From: an uncultured virus (IMG/VR IMGVR_UViG_3300042276_000285)
Lineage: Duplodnaviria > Heunggongvirae > Uroviricota > Caudoviricetes
DNA: 64,000 nucleotides
Virus record (IMG/VR): IMGVR_UViG_3300042276_000285
Strand: one strand, 5' to 3'
The position numbers and the translations under genes were made by a program. The notes beneath the pieces were generated by a model. That model was not told the origin of the DNA. It did not search any database and was given only the letters and a program-made list of their open reading frames with translations. Positions 16,931 through 26,170 of the stretch are shown in pieces; positions within the stretch are counted from its first letter, which is position 1, and each line of letters starts with the position of its first letter.

Positions 16931-17260
16931 TCATTGTTCTTCTAATTTAAAATATTCTACCCACGCGGAGTCTTTTGAAGATTGCTCTAATTGCACGCAG
17001 TCGATTTCATACGCAGACGGATTCTTTATCTGTATCACCAGCGTGTCGTTTCTGATGTATGCATATTGTTCGCTGTGGTTGGAACACGCCGTAAGTATCA
17101 AAAACAACCCCACTATTCTAAATGCCCCCTTGCTCCATTTTATCTTTACTCTTTCTCCGGTCTTCTTATGTACGTACGTGTCCTTCACGGGAAACTTACG
17201 CTTTGTGTTTGGATACTCGTCCATTAACTGTTCGTACTTTGTTATGTCTATTTCACTCAT
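16931..17260 (-). CDS. Hypothetical protein with internal lipobox-like segment
   Basis: LFLILTAC. Confidence 0.55.
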   Translation of the reverse strand: MSEIDITKYEQLMDEYPNTKRKFPVKDTYVHKKTGERVKIKWSKGAFRIVGLFLILTACSNHSEQYAYIRNDTLVIQIKNPSAYEIDCVQLEQSSKDSAWVEYFKLEEQ

Positions 17261-18089
17261 CGCATAAAAATTGATTAAAGTCGTTGTAGTAGCCGTATAG
17301 ATACCTCATGTCTGTCACTCCATCCAACGCCATAAATACTTCGTCTCCGGCGGTATCGTTGTCACCCCAATAGTATATCTTCTTTCCACTCACAAAGGGT
17401 TTGATTAGGTTTATCTGTCCTACGCCGTTCAGGATGTACGTATCGTATTCCGGTTCCTGAAGGCCGTAGAACGTCATATAGCTAAGAAAGTCTGTGTACC
17501 CTTCGAATATATTTACGTCTCTGCTTCGTCCCTTTACAAGGCTAAAAGACTTTGGTGGTGAGCAAATCTTGATCCACGACGACCGAAGCTCCCACGAGTT
17601 CATGAACGTTTTGAATCCAACGGCAACATGACTCTTGTCCGGATTCTTTCCCATTGGAAAGCTAAATTCAACCTGCTTGCAATATTTCAACAAAACGTCT
17701 TTGTTTATCTTTCTGTCTGCAACAAAGTAAGAGATTAGCTTTTCGTCTGTGATGTCTAACACGGAGTGAATCTTTACACCGGGCTCGCTTCTCGTTGGCA
17801 CATACTCTACTTTGTGTACCGTGTTTTCTTCTTCAAGAAATTTAACAGCTTCACGAAATGTCATGTTCTCCATTGCCATAACAAGGTCTATGATAGACCC
17901 GCCTTTCTTCGCAGAGTAGTCGTGCCACCTGTTCGTAGCCGTGTTTACTTTCATTGAAGGATTGCCCTCTCTGGTAAGAATTGAATAGTAGCTGCGATAC
18001 TTGCCCGTTTTGTTTACAGGCGTGTACCCACACTTAGCTAAATATTCAACTATCGATTTGTTCCGTATGTTCTCCGTATTGTTCTTCAT
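17253..18089 (-). CDS. DNA primase-like protein (CHC2-like N-domain + Toprim), Bacteroidota type
   Basis: GGSIIDLVM, FEGYTDFLS, WGDNDTAG; the zinc-finger Cys residues appear degenerate. Confidence 0.85.
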   Translation of the reverse strand: MKNNTENIRNKSIVEYLAKCGYTPVNKTGKYRSYYSILTREGNPSMKVNTATNRWHDYSAKKGGSIIDLVMAMENMTFREAVKFLEEENTVHKVEYVPTRSEPGVKIHSVLDITDEKLISYFVADRKINKDVLLKYCKQVEFSFPMGKNPDKSHVAVGFKTFMNSWELRSSWIKICSPPKSFSLVKGRSRDVNIFEGYTDFLSYMTFYGLQEPEYDTYILNGVGQINLIKPFVSGKKIYYWGDNDTAGDEVFMALDGVTDMRYLYGYYNDFNQFLCDE

Positions 18090-18300
18090 ATACTGCTACT
18101 GCTGTAGATATTAAGTCGTACAAAACACCGCTTTTTTCTGTTGCCATTGCGCTCATAATCATAAACACTATATCTTCATCTGTGCCTGCATATACGTGGG
18201 TGACTTCGTTTCCTTCGTGTCTAAAGTACAACAAAGCTCCTTCGTCTCTGTTTACGATGCTGTCTGCTTCTAACTTTGCGTCTAAGTCAAGGTTGTTCAT
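18046..18300 (-). CDS. Hypothetical protein
   Basis: 84-aa ORF. Confidence 0.6.
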   Translation of the reverse strand: MNNLDLDAKLEADSIVNRDEGALLYFRHEGNEVTHVYAGTDEDIVFMIMSAMATEKSGVLYDLISTAVAVYEEQYGEHTEQIDS

Positions 18301-18438
18301 CTTTTATATCTTAACAGTTCTTTTTCTACTATCTTGTTGTACGCGGCGTATGCTTGTTCAATTGTTTCGTCTATTGTTTCTTCTTCTGTCCTCAACGCTG
18401 AAAACAACACAGAAATAGTCAATTTTTTGATGTCCAAA

Positions 18439-18672
18439 TCATATAACATACAGTATGCTTTTTTCGTCTATGTAAATGTAGTTAATTCCGTGTATTTTTA
18501 CGTTTGTGCCTCCACGACGAAACACTACCTCGTCTCCGGGGATAAGTTCCGAGCCTTCTCCTGCGACACGAACTGTGCCGTCAAACAAATCTTTGAATTT
18601 GTCTGGAACTATTATTCCGTCTTGTTTCTTTTTTTCTATTAATAGTTTTCCTTCGAGTACATTCATTGCCAT
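18439..18672 (-). CDS. GroES/Cpn10-like co-chaperonin
   Basis: GIIVP, GTVRVAGEG, PGDEVVF, IDEKSILYVI. Confidence 0.75.
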   Translation of the reverse strand: MAMNVLEGKLLIEKKKQDGIIVPDKFKDLFDGTVRVAGEGSELIPGDEVVFRRGGTNVKIHGINYIYIDEKSILYVI

Positions 18673-18701
18673 ATTTTTATATGCTTAACATGCAGTAAAA
18701 A

Positions 18702-19382
18702 CTACAAAACTCCCTGTATCCAACATCGCTGCAAGTATCCTATTCCTTTTTCAAGTATCGCAAATACGTCGTTTTCTATTTCTGTAAACCAGTTTCCTTC
18801 AAACACAACCACGTCGCCAACGCTAACATCAGCATCTACCATCAAAGAGTTGTGATACATGTCGTTTTTTCTTCCTGTGTACAAAACCTTTCCAAGACGC
18901 TTGTTCTGAAAGTCTCCAAAGTCAAGAATCAATCCTTCCACGCGCACGTTGTCAACAACTGGCTCTACAACAACGTTTCCGTTCAATGGGTATATTTCTC
19001 CGTTTCTGGCGCGAAGAATCAACTCTGAATAGTTAACAACAAAATATATATCGTTGCCACATTTAATAACCGGGGCGTTAGCACCTTCCATCTTTCCAAA
19101 GAACACAACGTCTCCTTCTTCAATCTCCACTTGTGTCTTCCATCCCATAGCACCTTCAAACATAGTCTCCCATTGTCCAATCAACTTCTTTGGTGCTTTT
19201 ACTACTGTTCCGTATCGTGCTACACGCCCCGGTTCGTCCCATTCCCCACCAGCTAAGATAATACTGCCAAACTTAGTTCCATCTTCCGGGACAAAATCAA
19301 CCTTAACTAAAACCTTGTTGTTTATCATTGGCTTGTTGCCAAGTTCTTTTAATTCTATCTTTTGTCGTTCTGCTATTCCCAT
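18702..19382 (-). CDS. Tandem double-GroES-like protein
   Basis: Two repeats: NKVLV..GSIIL..GTVV..EGDVVFF and PLNGNVVVEP..GLIL..GKV..VGDVVVF. Confidence 0.75.
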   Translation of the reverse strand: MGIAERQKIELKELGNKPMINNKVLVKVDFVPEDGTKFGSIILAGGEWDEPGRVARYGTVVKAPKKLIGQWETMFEGAMGWKTQVEIEEGDVVFFGKMEGANAPVIKCGNDIYFVVNYSELILRARNGEIYPLNGNVVVEPVVDNVRVEGLILDFGDFQNKRLGKVLYTGRKNDMYHNSLMVDADVSVGDVVVFEGNWFTEIENDVFAILEKGIGYLQRCWIQGVL

Positions 19383-19606
19383 ACAACAATTTTTTTAACG
19401 TTCACGAGCTTCTCTCCGTCTTTGCTAAAACAATGCCTGCCAAAATACAACACGCGGCTGCCGTCTGGAACATTGCCGTTGCCGTCCACAACAACACCCC
19501 ATTCCATTTTTGGGTCTGACGCAGTTTCCGGTATGATAATTCCGCTTGCCGTTACACGCTCGTATGGCTCAGGTCTTACTAATATGCTGTTTCCTGTTGG
19601 TTTCAT
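19373..19606 (-). CDS. GroES/Cpn10-like co-chaperonin
   Basis: MKPTGNSILVRP..TASGIIIPETA..GVVV. Confidence 0.85.
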   Translation of the reverse strand: MKPTGNSILVRPEPYERVTASGIIIPETASDPKMEWGVVVDGNGNVPDGSRVLYFGRHCFSKDGEKLVNVKKIVVWE

Positions 19607-19752
19607 GTATAAATGTTTGCAGTTCGCGAATCACGATAACTCTAAATCAAATGTTTTTACTAACTTGTTGAACATGTCGTTTTTTTCAAACAATTCCAAC
19701 TTGTCTTTTGGCGTTAACAGTATCTCTTTTTGGGGCTGATTACTCTCCTCTG

Positions 19753-20163
19753 TCAAAAAGGCATATCAGAGTCGTCGCCATCAACTTCTTTGGCATTTTG
19801 AAACTGCCTTAGATGCTTTGCTGCTATGTCGTCTGCGTATGCATTTAAATCTTCTTGTCCAGTTACAACTGACGTGTCCTCCCTGACAGTTTCAACCTTA
19901 AAAGCGTTTGCTCCTGTAAACCACCTGTCCTTCCACTTTCTGCTTGTAACATCATACCACACGCGAACAATAGAACCATCAGACGTGTCTGAAATGAATT
20001 GTATTACATCTGTGTTTAGAGACTCAAAGTAAAGTTCTTTCGGAAACTTCAAATTCTGTTCTTTTACCTTAATGGCAAAACCAATCTTCTGCCACTGTTT
20101 GCCTGCTTTTGATACACCAGACTGAATCTCTGTCTTTTCAATTAATTTTCCTGTAGTGTCCAT
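19753..20163 (-). CDS. DUF3127-like single-stranded DNA-binding protein
   Basis: SGVSKAGKQWQK, SRKWKDRWFT, acidic tail DDSDMPF. Confidence 0.8.
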   Translation of the reverse strand: MDTTGKLIEKTEIQSGVSKAGKQWQKIGFAIKVKEQNLKFPKELYFESLNTDVIQFISDTSDGSIVRVWYDVTSRKWKDRWFTGANAFKVETVREDTSVVTGQEDLNAYADDIAAKHLRQFQNAKEVDGDDSDMPF

Positions 20164-20270
20164 GTTTTTTCATTAAGTGATAACATTCCATTATTCTAAC
20201 GCGAATGTCGTGTTTTAATTCTTCGTCTTTCGTCTCTATTAACAGCAAAGACAATTCTGTTATTCTTTCC

Positions 20271-20483
20271 TTAAAAATGTTCATTGTATGTGTGTCCTGT
20301 AAAATTAAACGACGTCACCTTGTCAGTAATGTCCCACTCACCAATTGAAAGCTGTTCGTCTTCAACCACAAACTGATCGTAAAATCTTCCATTGGCGTAA
20401 ACAGCAAGACTTAATCCAAGTTTGTTCCAGTTGGTGTTGTGTGTTACAACGTAAATTCCATTCTCAACCATTTCTTCTTTCAT
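20271..20483 (-). CDS. Hypothetical protein
   Basis: Downstream of minus-strand TACATTTG promoter-like motif. Confidence 0.5.
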   Translation of the reverse strand: MKEEMVENGIYVVTHNTNWNKLGLSLAVYANGRFYDQFVVEDEQLSIGEWDITDKVTSFNFTGHTYNEHF

Positions 20484-21163
20484 TTCCTCATCGTGTTTAA
20501 TCTTTTGCAAATGTAACAACAAAAGCACAATGTAGCAAATGTTTTTTTATGTTGTACAACACATTATACATATAAAATTATTTTTTCCTTAAAGGAAATA
20601 TTGTTATTAAACGTGAAATAACTTACATTTACTTATAGGGAAACATTTTAACTGTTTTTAAATTGTTTATTTTTAAGGAAAAGGAATATTGGTGTTTTAA
20701 AAGAAAATTTCCCCCTTTCCCCCATAAAAGAAAGATTGCTTTTTTAGAAGCAAAAGGAGCGTAACGCCCTTCGGAGCTATCTGTGTTTGTGTCCAGCAAC
20801 CTTATGAGTTTTGATACCGTGCAATCTCTATTCGCGGGTAAGACGAAATTAACTTATGTATCACAATAAAAAAACCACCCTCTCTCATTGAGAAGAAGGT
20901 GGTATGTGTTTATGCGAAAACCGTCAGAACGATTTTTTTTCAAATTAATATGTAGCTCGAGTTTTCGCATAAAAAACTATTTTTTACACGGCAAATATAA
21001 TAAAAAAAAACAATCACAAAGAAAAAGGTTTAAAAAAAATCATTTATCTGTACTTGTAGTACAAATAAGCTCAAAAAAATAAACCAGAAACAACAACATA
21101 ATGTGAAAAAATATTATCTTTTTGCTTTGTTTTGTGCAAAATGGCGCACATATCACATTATAG

Positions 21164-21562
21164 TCAATCTTCATCGTCTCTAAATGGAATGATGGAACGT
21201 TTGTCCATTTTTATGTTTCCTATTGCGCTAATCATGACCTCGTGAACGTCTTCAAGGGCAAACGACGAATCCGGGTGTTTTTTTATACTGTTGAATATAG
21301 ACTCTTCTATTTTAGAGCAGAACAGAATAAAGTGAGGTATTTCGATAAACCCTGTGTATTCGTTGTAATTTATGTTTTGCTTCTTTAGTCTTTCGGTACG
21401 CATCCTCATTAGTTTTCCATACCATCTGTGTGCTTTTTCCCATGCCTTTTCAATGTTTTGTTTCACGCGGGTCGAGCAGTATGTTTTTATGAGACGTTCA
21501 ATTTCTTGTTCGTCAGAAGACTTGGCGACGTACTGCACCAGTTGTTTGAAATCTATTTCCAT
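21164..21562 (-). CDS. Hypothetical protein, first gene of leftward arm
   Basis: 132-aa ORF after minus-strand TACTTTTG. Confidence 0.7.
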   Translation of the reverse strand: MEIDFKQLVQYVAKSSDEQEIERLIKTYCSTRVKQNIEKAWEKAHRWYGKLMRMRTERLKKQNINYNEYTGFIEIPHFILFCSKIEESIFNSIKKHPDSSFALEDVHEVMISAIGNIKMDKRSIIPFRDDED

Positions 21563-21569
21563 TTTTTAT

Positions 21570-21655
21570 TTCAAAAGTACAAAATATTAATATGTTGTAC
21601 AACAGTTTTTTGCGCATAGTTATTGACATTTAAAATCTTTTTATTATCTTTGTGT
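21570..21655. promoter_or_regulatory. Divergent promoter region with central palindrome
   Basis: Minus-strand TACTTTTG (~21572-21579), palindrome ATGTTGTACAACAG 21592-21605, plus-strand TTGACA...TATCTTTG (21645-21652); gene strand switches here. Confidence 0.7.
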
Positions 21656-21678
21656 CGTAATTGCTAAAGACTAAAGAC

Positions 21679-22014
21679 ATGTTTTACAAAAAAAGGATTG
21701 AAGAACTGGAAGAAACCGTTGTTGCTTTGGACAAAAAAATCAAGGAGATAAACGACACGTTTACTTCAAGGCTTGACAAATTTGAAGATGAGACGAAGAA
21801 TGATTTTGTGGAAAAGTTTGAGGACATAATTGAAGTCATACGGGAAGAAATGACAAAAGACTTTAAGAAGCTAAGAGAATACGATGCCACGAATTTTAAT
21901 TCAATGTCAGAAATTGTCGAAGAAACCGTTAAGTCGTTTAACAAAAAACTTGATTTAATTGCGGGATACAGCACGAATCCGGTGTTAGCAAGAAAAGGTT
22001 TAGAGAAAAACTAA
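21679..22014 (+). CDS. Coiled-coil hypothetical protein
   Basis: 111 aa, heptad-rich. Confidence 0.7.
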   Translation: MFYKKRIEELEETVVALDKKIKEINDTFTSRLDKFEDETKNDFVEKFEDIIEVIREEMTKDFKKLREYDATNFNSMSEIVEETVKSFNKKLDLIAGYSTNPVLARKGLEKN

Positions 22015-22018
22015 TTTT

Positions 22019-22447
22019 ATGGATTTAGATACAATACGAGAAGAAGCCGCAAAACACGGATGCGTTGTTGTTTCTGTGCGCAATACGAGCATTTCGCCTA
22101 CGGAAGTTATTAGGATCGCGTGTTTTGCTACCGGAATACAAGTTGAAGATTTTTTCAAGAGGTCGCGCAAGCAGGAAATCGTGTTTGCAAGGTATTTGGC
22201 TTTCTATGCGTTTATCAGGGACAATGTAATGAGACAAATAGACATTGATCGCAGATACGGGTGGAATCATTCCAACATTCACTATGCAGAAGATTTGCTG
22301 AGAGGTGTTTACGAGGACGAAAAAAATATAAAGTACTTCAAGGAATGGCAACAGTTTGCTATATTGGATTTCAATGCCGCGTATGAAGAATATAAAAAAA
22401 CACTAAAAAATGATAGAGTACAAAAAAGTTGTAATGAAGCCGTATGA
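22019..22447 (+). CDS. DnaA C-terminal-like helix-turn-helix protein
   Basis: SRKQEIVFARYLAFY ... YGWNHSNIHYA matches the DnaA domain IV pattern. Confidence 0.7.
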   Translation: MDLDTIREEAAKHGCVVVSVRNTSISPTEVIRIACFATGIQVEDFFKRSRKQEIVFARYLAFYAFIRDNVMRQIDIDRRYGWNHSNIHYAEDLLRGVYEDEKNIKYFKEWQQFAILDFNAAYEEYKKTLKNDRVQKSCNEAV

Positions 22448-22711
22448 ATCTTTAAGAGACGACGACTTTGCAGAATTAGGCAAAGAGAATTGGGAACACT
22501 ACCTTATCGAGATCAACGAAAACGAAAGAATTTACTATTTCAGGAAACATGCAAATTAGACAAACAATACGCAACCGGATTGTGTTTCATGCGAAGAACG
22601 TAAATAAAGCTAAAGAGGAGGACAATGAAATGTTGCTTGCTGATTCTTTGATTAGAATAGACGAGTTGAAGAAGTTGCTTGGTGTGATGAGGAATAGATA
22701 ATTTGTTTGCT

Positions 22712-22987
22712 ATGAGTGCAAAAGAATTTTTAAATATAAAAGGCAATGGTGAATCGCCATACGGTGATGTTATATGGAACTTTGACACGGCGTCAAATGA
22801 TTGGCTGTGTGATTTGTTGGAAGAATACAAAGAATTTGTTTTACGAAATTCAGGTAATACCACCAAAATAATACAAAAGCAATATGAACTTGAAGGATCA
22901 ATTTACTTGGTTGAGTGTTGTGAAATTGGCCCCATAACACACGAAAAATATTGTCCTAAATGTGGTAAGAAAATAGTTCGGCAATGA
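22712..22987 (+). CDS. Hypothetical protein with C-terminal Zn ribbon
   Basis: YCPKCGKKI. Confidence 0.6.
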   Translation: MSAKEFLNIKGNGESPYGDVIWNFDTASNDWLCDLLEEYKEFVLRNSGNTTKIIQKQYELEGSIYLVECCEIGPITHEKYCPKCGKKIVRQ

Positions 22988-23019
22988 CAGCCTTTTTTGG
23001 TGTGTGTGTTTGAAGGTAT

Positions 23020-23027
23020 TATCTTTG
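23020..23027 (+). promoter_or_regulatory. Bacteroidota -7 promoter element TATCTTTG (also at 24438, 28484, 30919, 35192, 42084, 46736, 57005)
   Basis: Identical octamer matching TAnnTTTG, usually 10-25 nt upstream of gene starts. Confidence 0.75.
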
Positions 23028-23041
23028 TGAAAAAATAAACA

Positions 23042-23731
23042 ATGGCGTTAACTAATTGGGATTTATTAACAATAGCAAACATAGCGATCAACAAAGATGT
23101 CAATGGACGAGCGTTGACGTCCGGTCAATTTCAATCTTTGATAAACGCAAAGAGTCAGAAGTTGTTTGCTGAACATCTTGGGTTGGAACGCGAATATCCG
23201 CTGGATGCTCCTCTATCCCGGCGTGGAGTTGGCAAATCAAGAAAAATAAGTCAGTCGTTACGTCCATTTTTAAAGACAGAAACAAAGTCTGTTGCAGGCG
23301 GTTCTTTTGACATGAGTACGCTTTCTAAATCTGTTGGCTACTTGGTGTCTGTGAATCCTGCTACTATTTCAGGCAGACCGTTTGACGAATTGGAGCCAGA
23401 TGAGCTTGCAGACAGACTCGGAAGTGCTGTTACTGTTCCAACAGCAAGCGATCCTGCGTTTGTGTGGACAGGAAAAAACACAATCAACACACATCCAAGC
23501 ACAATAACATCGATAACCATCGTTTATTACAAATTTCCAGACAATGCTGTTATTGCTACGACTACCAATACGTCAACATTGCTGGAAGAATACAATGCAA
23601 GTGGAAGTACAGAGTTAGAGTGGTATGATACAGAAAAGATAGAAATTTTGTATCGCGTGTTGAAGGACATGGGCATTAACTTAGAACGCCAAGACGTGTT
23701 TGCGTTGGCAGAAAGGGAAACAAATGAATAA
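23042..23731 (+). CDS. Putative virion ring / head-tail connector protein
   Basis: Position, size, and YYKFP ... ELEW..EILYRVLKDMGINL pattern typical of crAss-like ring proteins. Confidence 0.55.
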   Translation: MALTNWDLLTIANIAINKDVNGRALTSGQFQSLINAKSQKLFAEHLGLEREYPLDAPLSRRGVGKSRKISQSLRPFLKTETKSVAGGSFDMSTLSKSVGYLVSVNPATISGRPFDELEPDELADRLGSAVTVPTASDPAFVWTGKNTINTHPSTITSITIVYYKFPDNAVIATTTNTSTLLEEYNASGSTELEWYDTEKIEILYRVLKDMGINLERQDVFALAERETNE

Positions 23732-24344
23732 AAAGGCGTTAGTTGAGTTTGTACGAGTGTCTATACTTGGTTCAGAGGCAGTAGCAGACAATCAAAAGAC
23801 AGCCCACTTCAAGCGAGTTGAACAGGGTGTTGGATATGCGTTTGACACGTTGCTTGCGCAGATACCAATTGACGAAAGCGGTGTCAGCCAGATAGAGGAA
23901 TACTATGTAAAGCACTACTACAATCAATCCGTAAAAGAGGCAACGAATGGATACCGATACGTTGGCGTAGACGACTCTATCGTGCCCGTAGGCGAAGGGA
24001 AAGGCATTTGGTATGTACAACCATCAGGAGGCGGCAATCCGTTCTCACAGGCTCGCAGACCGAGTCTGGCGATGTTTAGAAATCTAAAGATAGGCAGTGC
24101 TATCAACGAAACATACTGGAGGCTTGGCAACGTTGCAACGAATTTGCAGATTGTATTGGAACACATAGGCGACAGTCCTTTTAGAGACATACGCAGGGTT
24201 GACTATGGCGTTGTTCGTGCGTTTAGTTCATACGGAGAAACAGAAGAAGTTCGTATTCCCGGTGGCAGAAGTGACCTTTTGGTGAACATGACACGGGCGT
24301 GGTTTGACAAAAACTATAACGATATGATAAACAACAACAAATAA
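23724..24344 (+). CDS. Putative virion structural protein
   Basis: Coupled to upstream ORF; ends DMINNNK. Confidence 0.5.
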   Translation: MNKKALVEFVRVSILGSEAVADNQKTAHFKRVEQGVGYAFDTLLAQIPIDESGVSQIEEYYVKHYYNQSVKEATNGYRYVGVDDSIVPVGEGKGIWYVQPSGGGNPFSQARRPSLAMFRNLKIGSAINETYWRLGNVATNLQIVLEHIGDSPFRDIRRVDYGVVRAFSSYGETEEVRIPGGRSDLLVNMTRAWFDKNYNDMINNNK

Positions 24345-24372
24345 TTCTTTTTGGTTTTTTGGTCATTTTTTA

Positions 24373-24404
24373 GGCTCACGGCGGTTGCTGTGGGCTTTTT
24401 TTTT
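24373..24404 (+). terminator. Rho-independent terminator
   Basis: GCTCACGGC-ggtt-GCTGTGGGC followed by a T run. Confidence 0.7.
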
Positions 24405-24444
24405 GTTAAAATGTTTGTATGTTTGGTATTTATTTCTTATCTTT

Positions 24445-24571
24445 GTACAACGTTTGGTGCAAGTGGTGTTAGCCAACCGTATTGCAAATAATATAACACC
24501 GCAAAATGGTTAACGTGTGCAGATTTTTGTGAGTAACGCATTGGGCTAATGCCATTTGCACATTGTTAGCG
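24445..24571 (-). repeat. Orphan attC-like site (127 bp)
   Basis: TACAACGtttgGTGCAAGTGGTGTTAGCC ... GGCTAATGCCATTTGCACattGTTAGCG. Confidence 0.8.
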
Positions 24572-25037
24572 CAAGTATTTGGTTCTATGTCAGGCATTGT
24601 AAATGATTATGAAAGATTATTAGATTATACTAAGAAACATCAAAAAGCTGTTTCTGAAATTTTACCTGTTTTAAACGGAATGTCTACGAGAGATGCTAAG
24701 GACGTTCTTAAGTCTGTTGAACAGAGGCTTGATGAATTTCCTTTATCCATATCTGTTTAATCATTGTTTTTTATTAATACAGTTTCAGTCGTAAAATATT
24801 CAACTAATTTGTCGTCCTAGTCTTTTACTGTCATTCTTATTAAACTTCCATCTGTTCTGTGTTCTATTGAAGCGATTTAAGATGTGTTTAAGATTCGTTT
24901 ACCGTTAGGTGTTTGAATAGTAATAAAATTTGGTTTTGTCATAATTTATAAAATTTAAAAGTTAATGGATTTAGCTATTCTTTGTTGTCGCCTTCTTGGT
25001 TTAGATCCAGAAAAATATTCGACAAAAGCGAAACAAA

Positions 25038-25274
25038 ATGAAAGACAAAATAAGGGAAAACGCTAAAAAATATTTTGAGGAAGAATTAAGTGGAGAGCCG
25101 TTGTATCAAGATTTGGTAATAGACTGGCTTACAGAGTTCGCAAAACAGCAGTTAGAAGACTGCAATTCGCAAAACATTACCTGTGCTGTTTGTGGTTCTT
25201 CAAACCTGTTCAAATTCAAACTTGAACACATCAAATGTAGAAATTGTGGTGAAACGTTTGAGCGTGGCTGCTAA
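25038..25274 (+). CDS. Zn-ribbon protein, probable decayed cassette fusion
   Basis: DCNSQNIT resembles junction peptide NCNLQNVN; CxxC..CxxC. Confidence 0.6.
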   Translation: MKDKIRENAKKYFEEELSGEPLYQDLVIDWLTEFAKQQLEDCNSQNITCAVCGSSNLFKFKLEHIKCRNCGETFERGC

Positions 25275-25444
25275 TATAAAAAATGTAAATAAAAAACAGG
25301 ACAATTTGACAATAATTTGTTAAATATTTTACATATTTGCAATAGCTCATAAGAAACAATTTACCAAAAGAGGGTTAAGTGTATTGGCACTTAGCCTTTT
25401 TTTTTGTGTGTTGTTGTAAGTATTACTTTTGTAATAAAAATACT

Positions 25445-26170
25445 ATGCAACAATATGACTTGAAGGAACTGGACTGTGACGGAATGGTTATTCACCCCAA
25501 CTCCCCAAAGATAGTTACCTATTTAGAATCAAAAATACCTTTACTGAAAAAGTTTCCTGCCGAATACGACAAGAAAGGATTTAAGAAATCGATGGTGTAC
25601 AGGTACGTTCTGTTGATGTACGATCCAAAGTCGCCAATACAGGAAATGATGTCGTTAGACTGGTGGGCAAAGAAGTTTGAATCTATCGCCTACGCCGGGT
25701 TTGAACTCAAAAATGGCAGAGATGGACACCCGCGTTTTGATGAACAGGTGTTAGAGATGGCACTTGGGAAGATACAAGAGATAAACGACATTGTCATTTT
25801 GTTTATAGCATGGATAAACAACTATCGATGGAACCACCGCGTGTTCTTACACGAATCAATTCTGCAATATACAAAAGGTGCTTTGGCTGGTGATAAGGAA
25901 AGTGTGAAGGGTATTAGTGAAGTGAGAGCATTGAGGTCAGAGATCAACGTTCTTGACAAAGAAATGATACGCGCAAATGAAGAAACCGAAGAATTTGTTT
26001 CTCGTTTCTACTACCATATCGAGCAGTCGCGTTTGGCTATACGCCCGGAAGACTATGCAAAGAGGTTGGCAGACGGAGACGATCTGAGTTCAGATTCTCC
26101 GTATGGAATCAACTACCGCGTGAACAAAATAACATTTGCAGGAGACAAAATACCAGATGGAGAAGTGTAA
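25445..26170 (+). CDS. Hypothetical protein upstream of terminase (possible small subunit)
   Basis: 241 aa, overlaps terminase start; position-based call. Confidence 0.55.
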   Translation: MQQYDLKELDCDGMVIHPNSPKIVTYLESKIPLLKKFPAEYDKKGFKKSMVYRYVLLMYDPKSPIQEMMSLDWWAKKFESIAYAGFELKNGRDGHPRFDEQVLEMALGKIQEINDIVILFIAWINNYRWNHRVFLHESILQYTKGALAGDKESVKGISEVRALRSEINVLDKEMIRANEETEEFVSRFYYHIEQSRLAIRPEDYAKRLADGDDLSSDSPYGINYRVNKITFAGDKIPDGEV

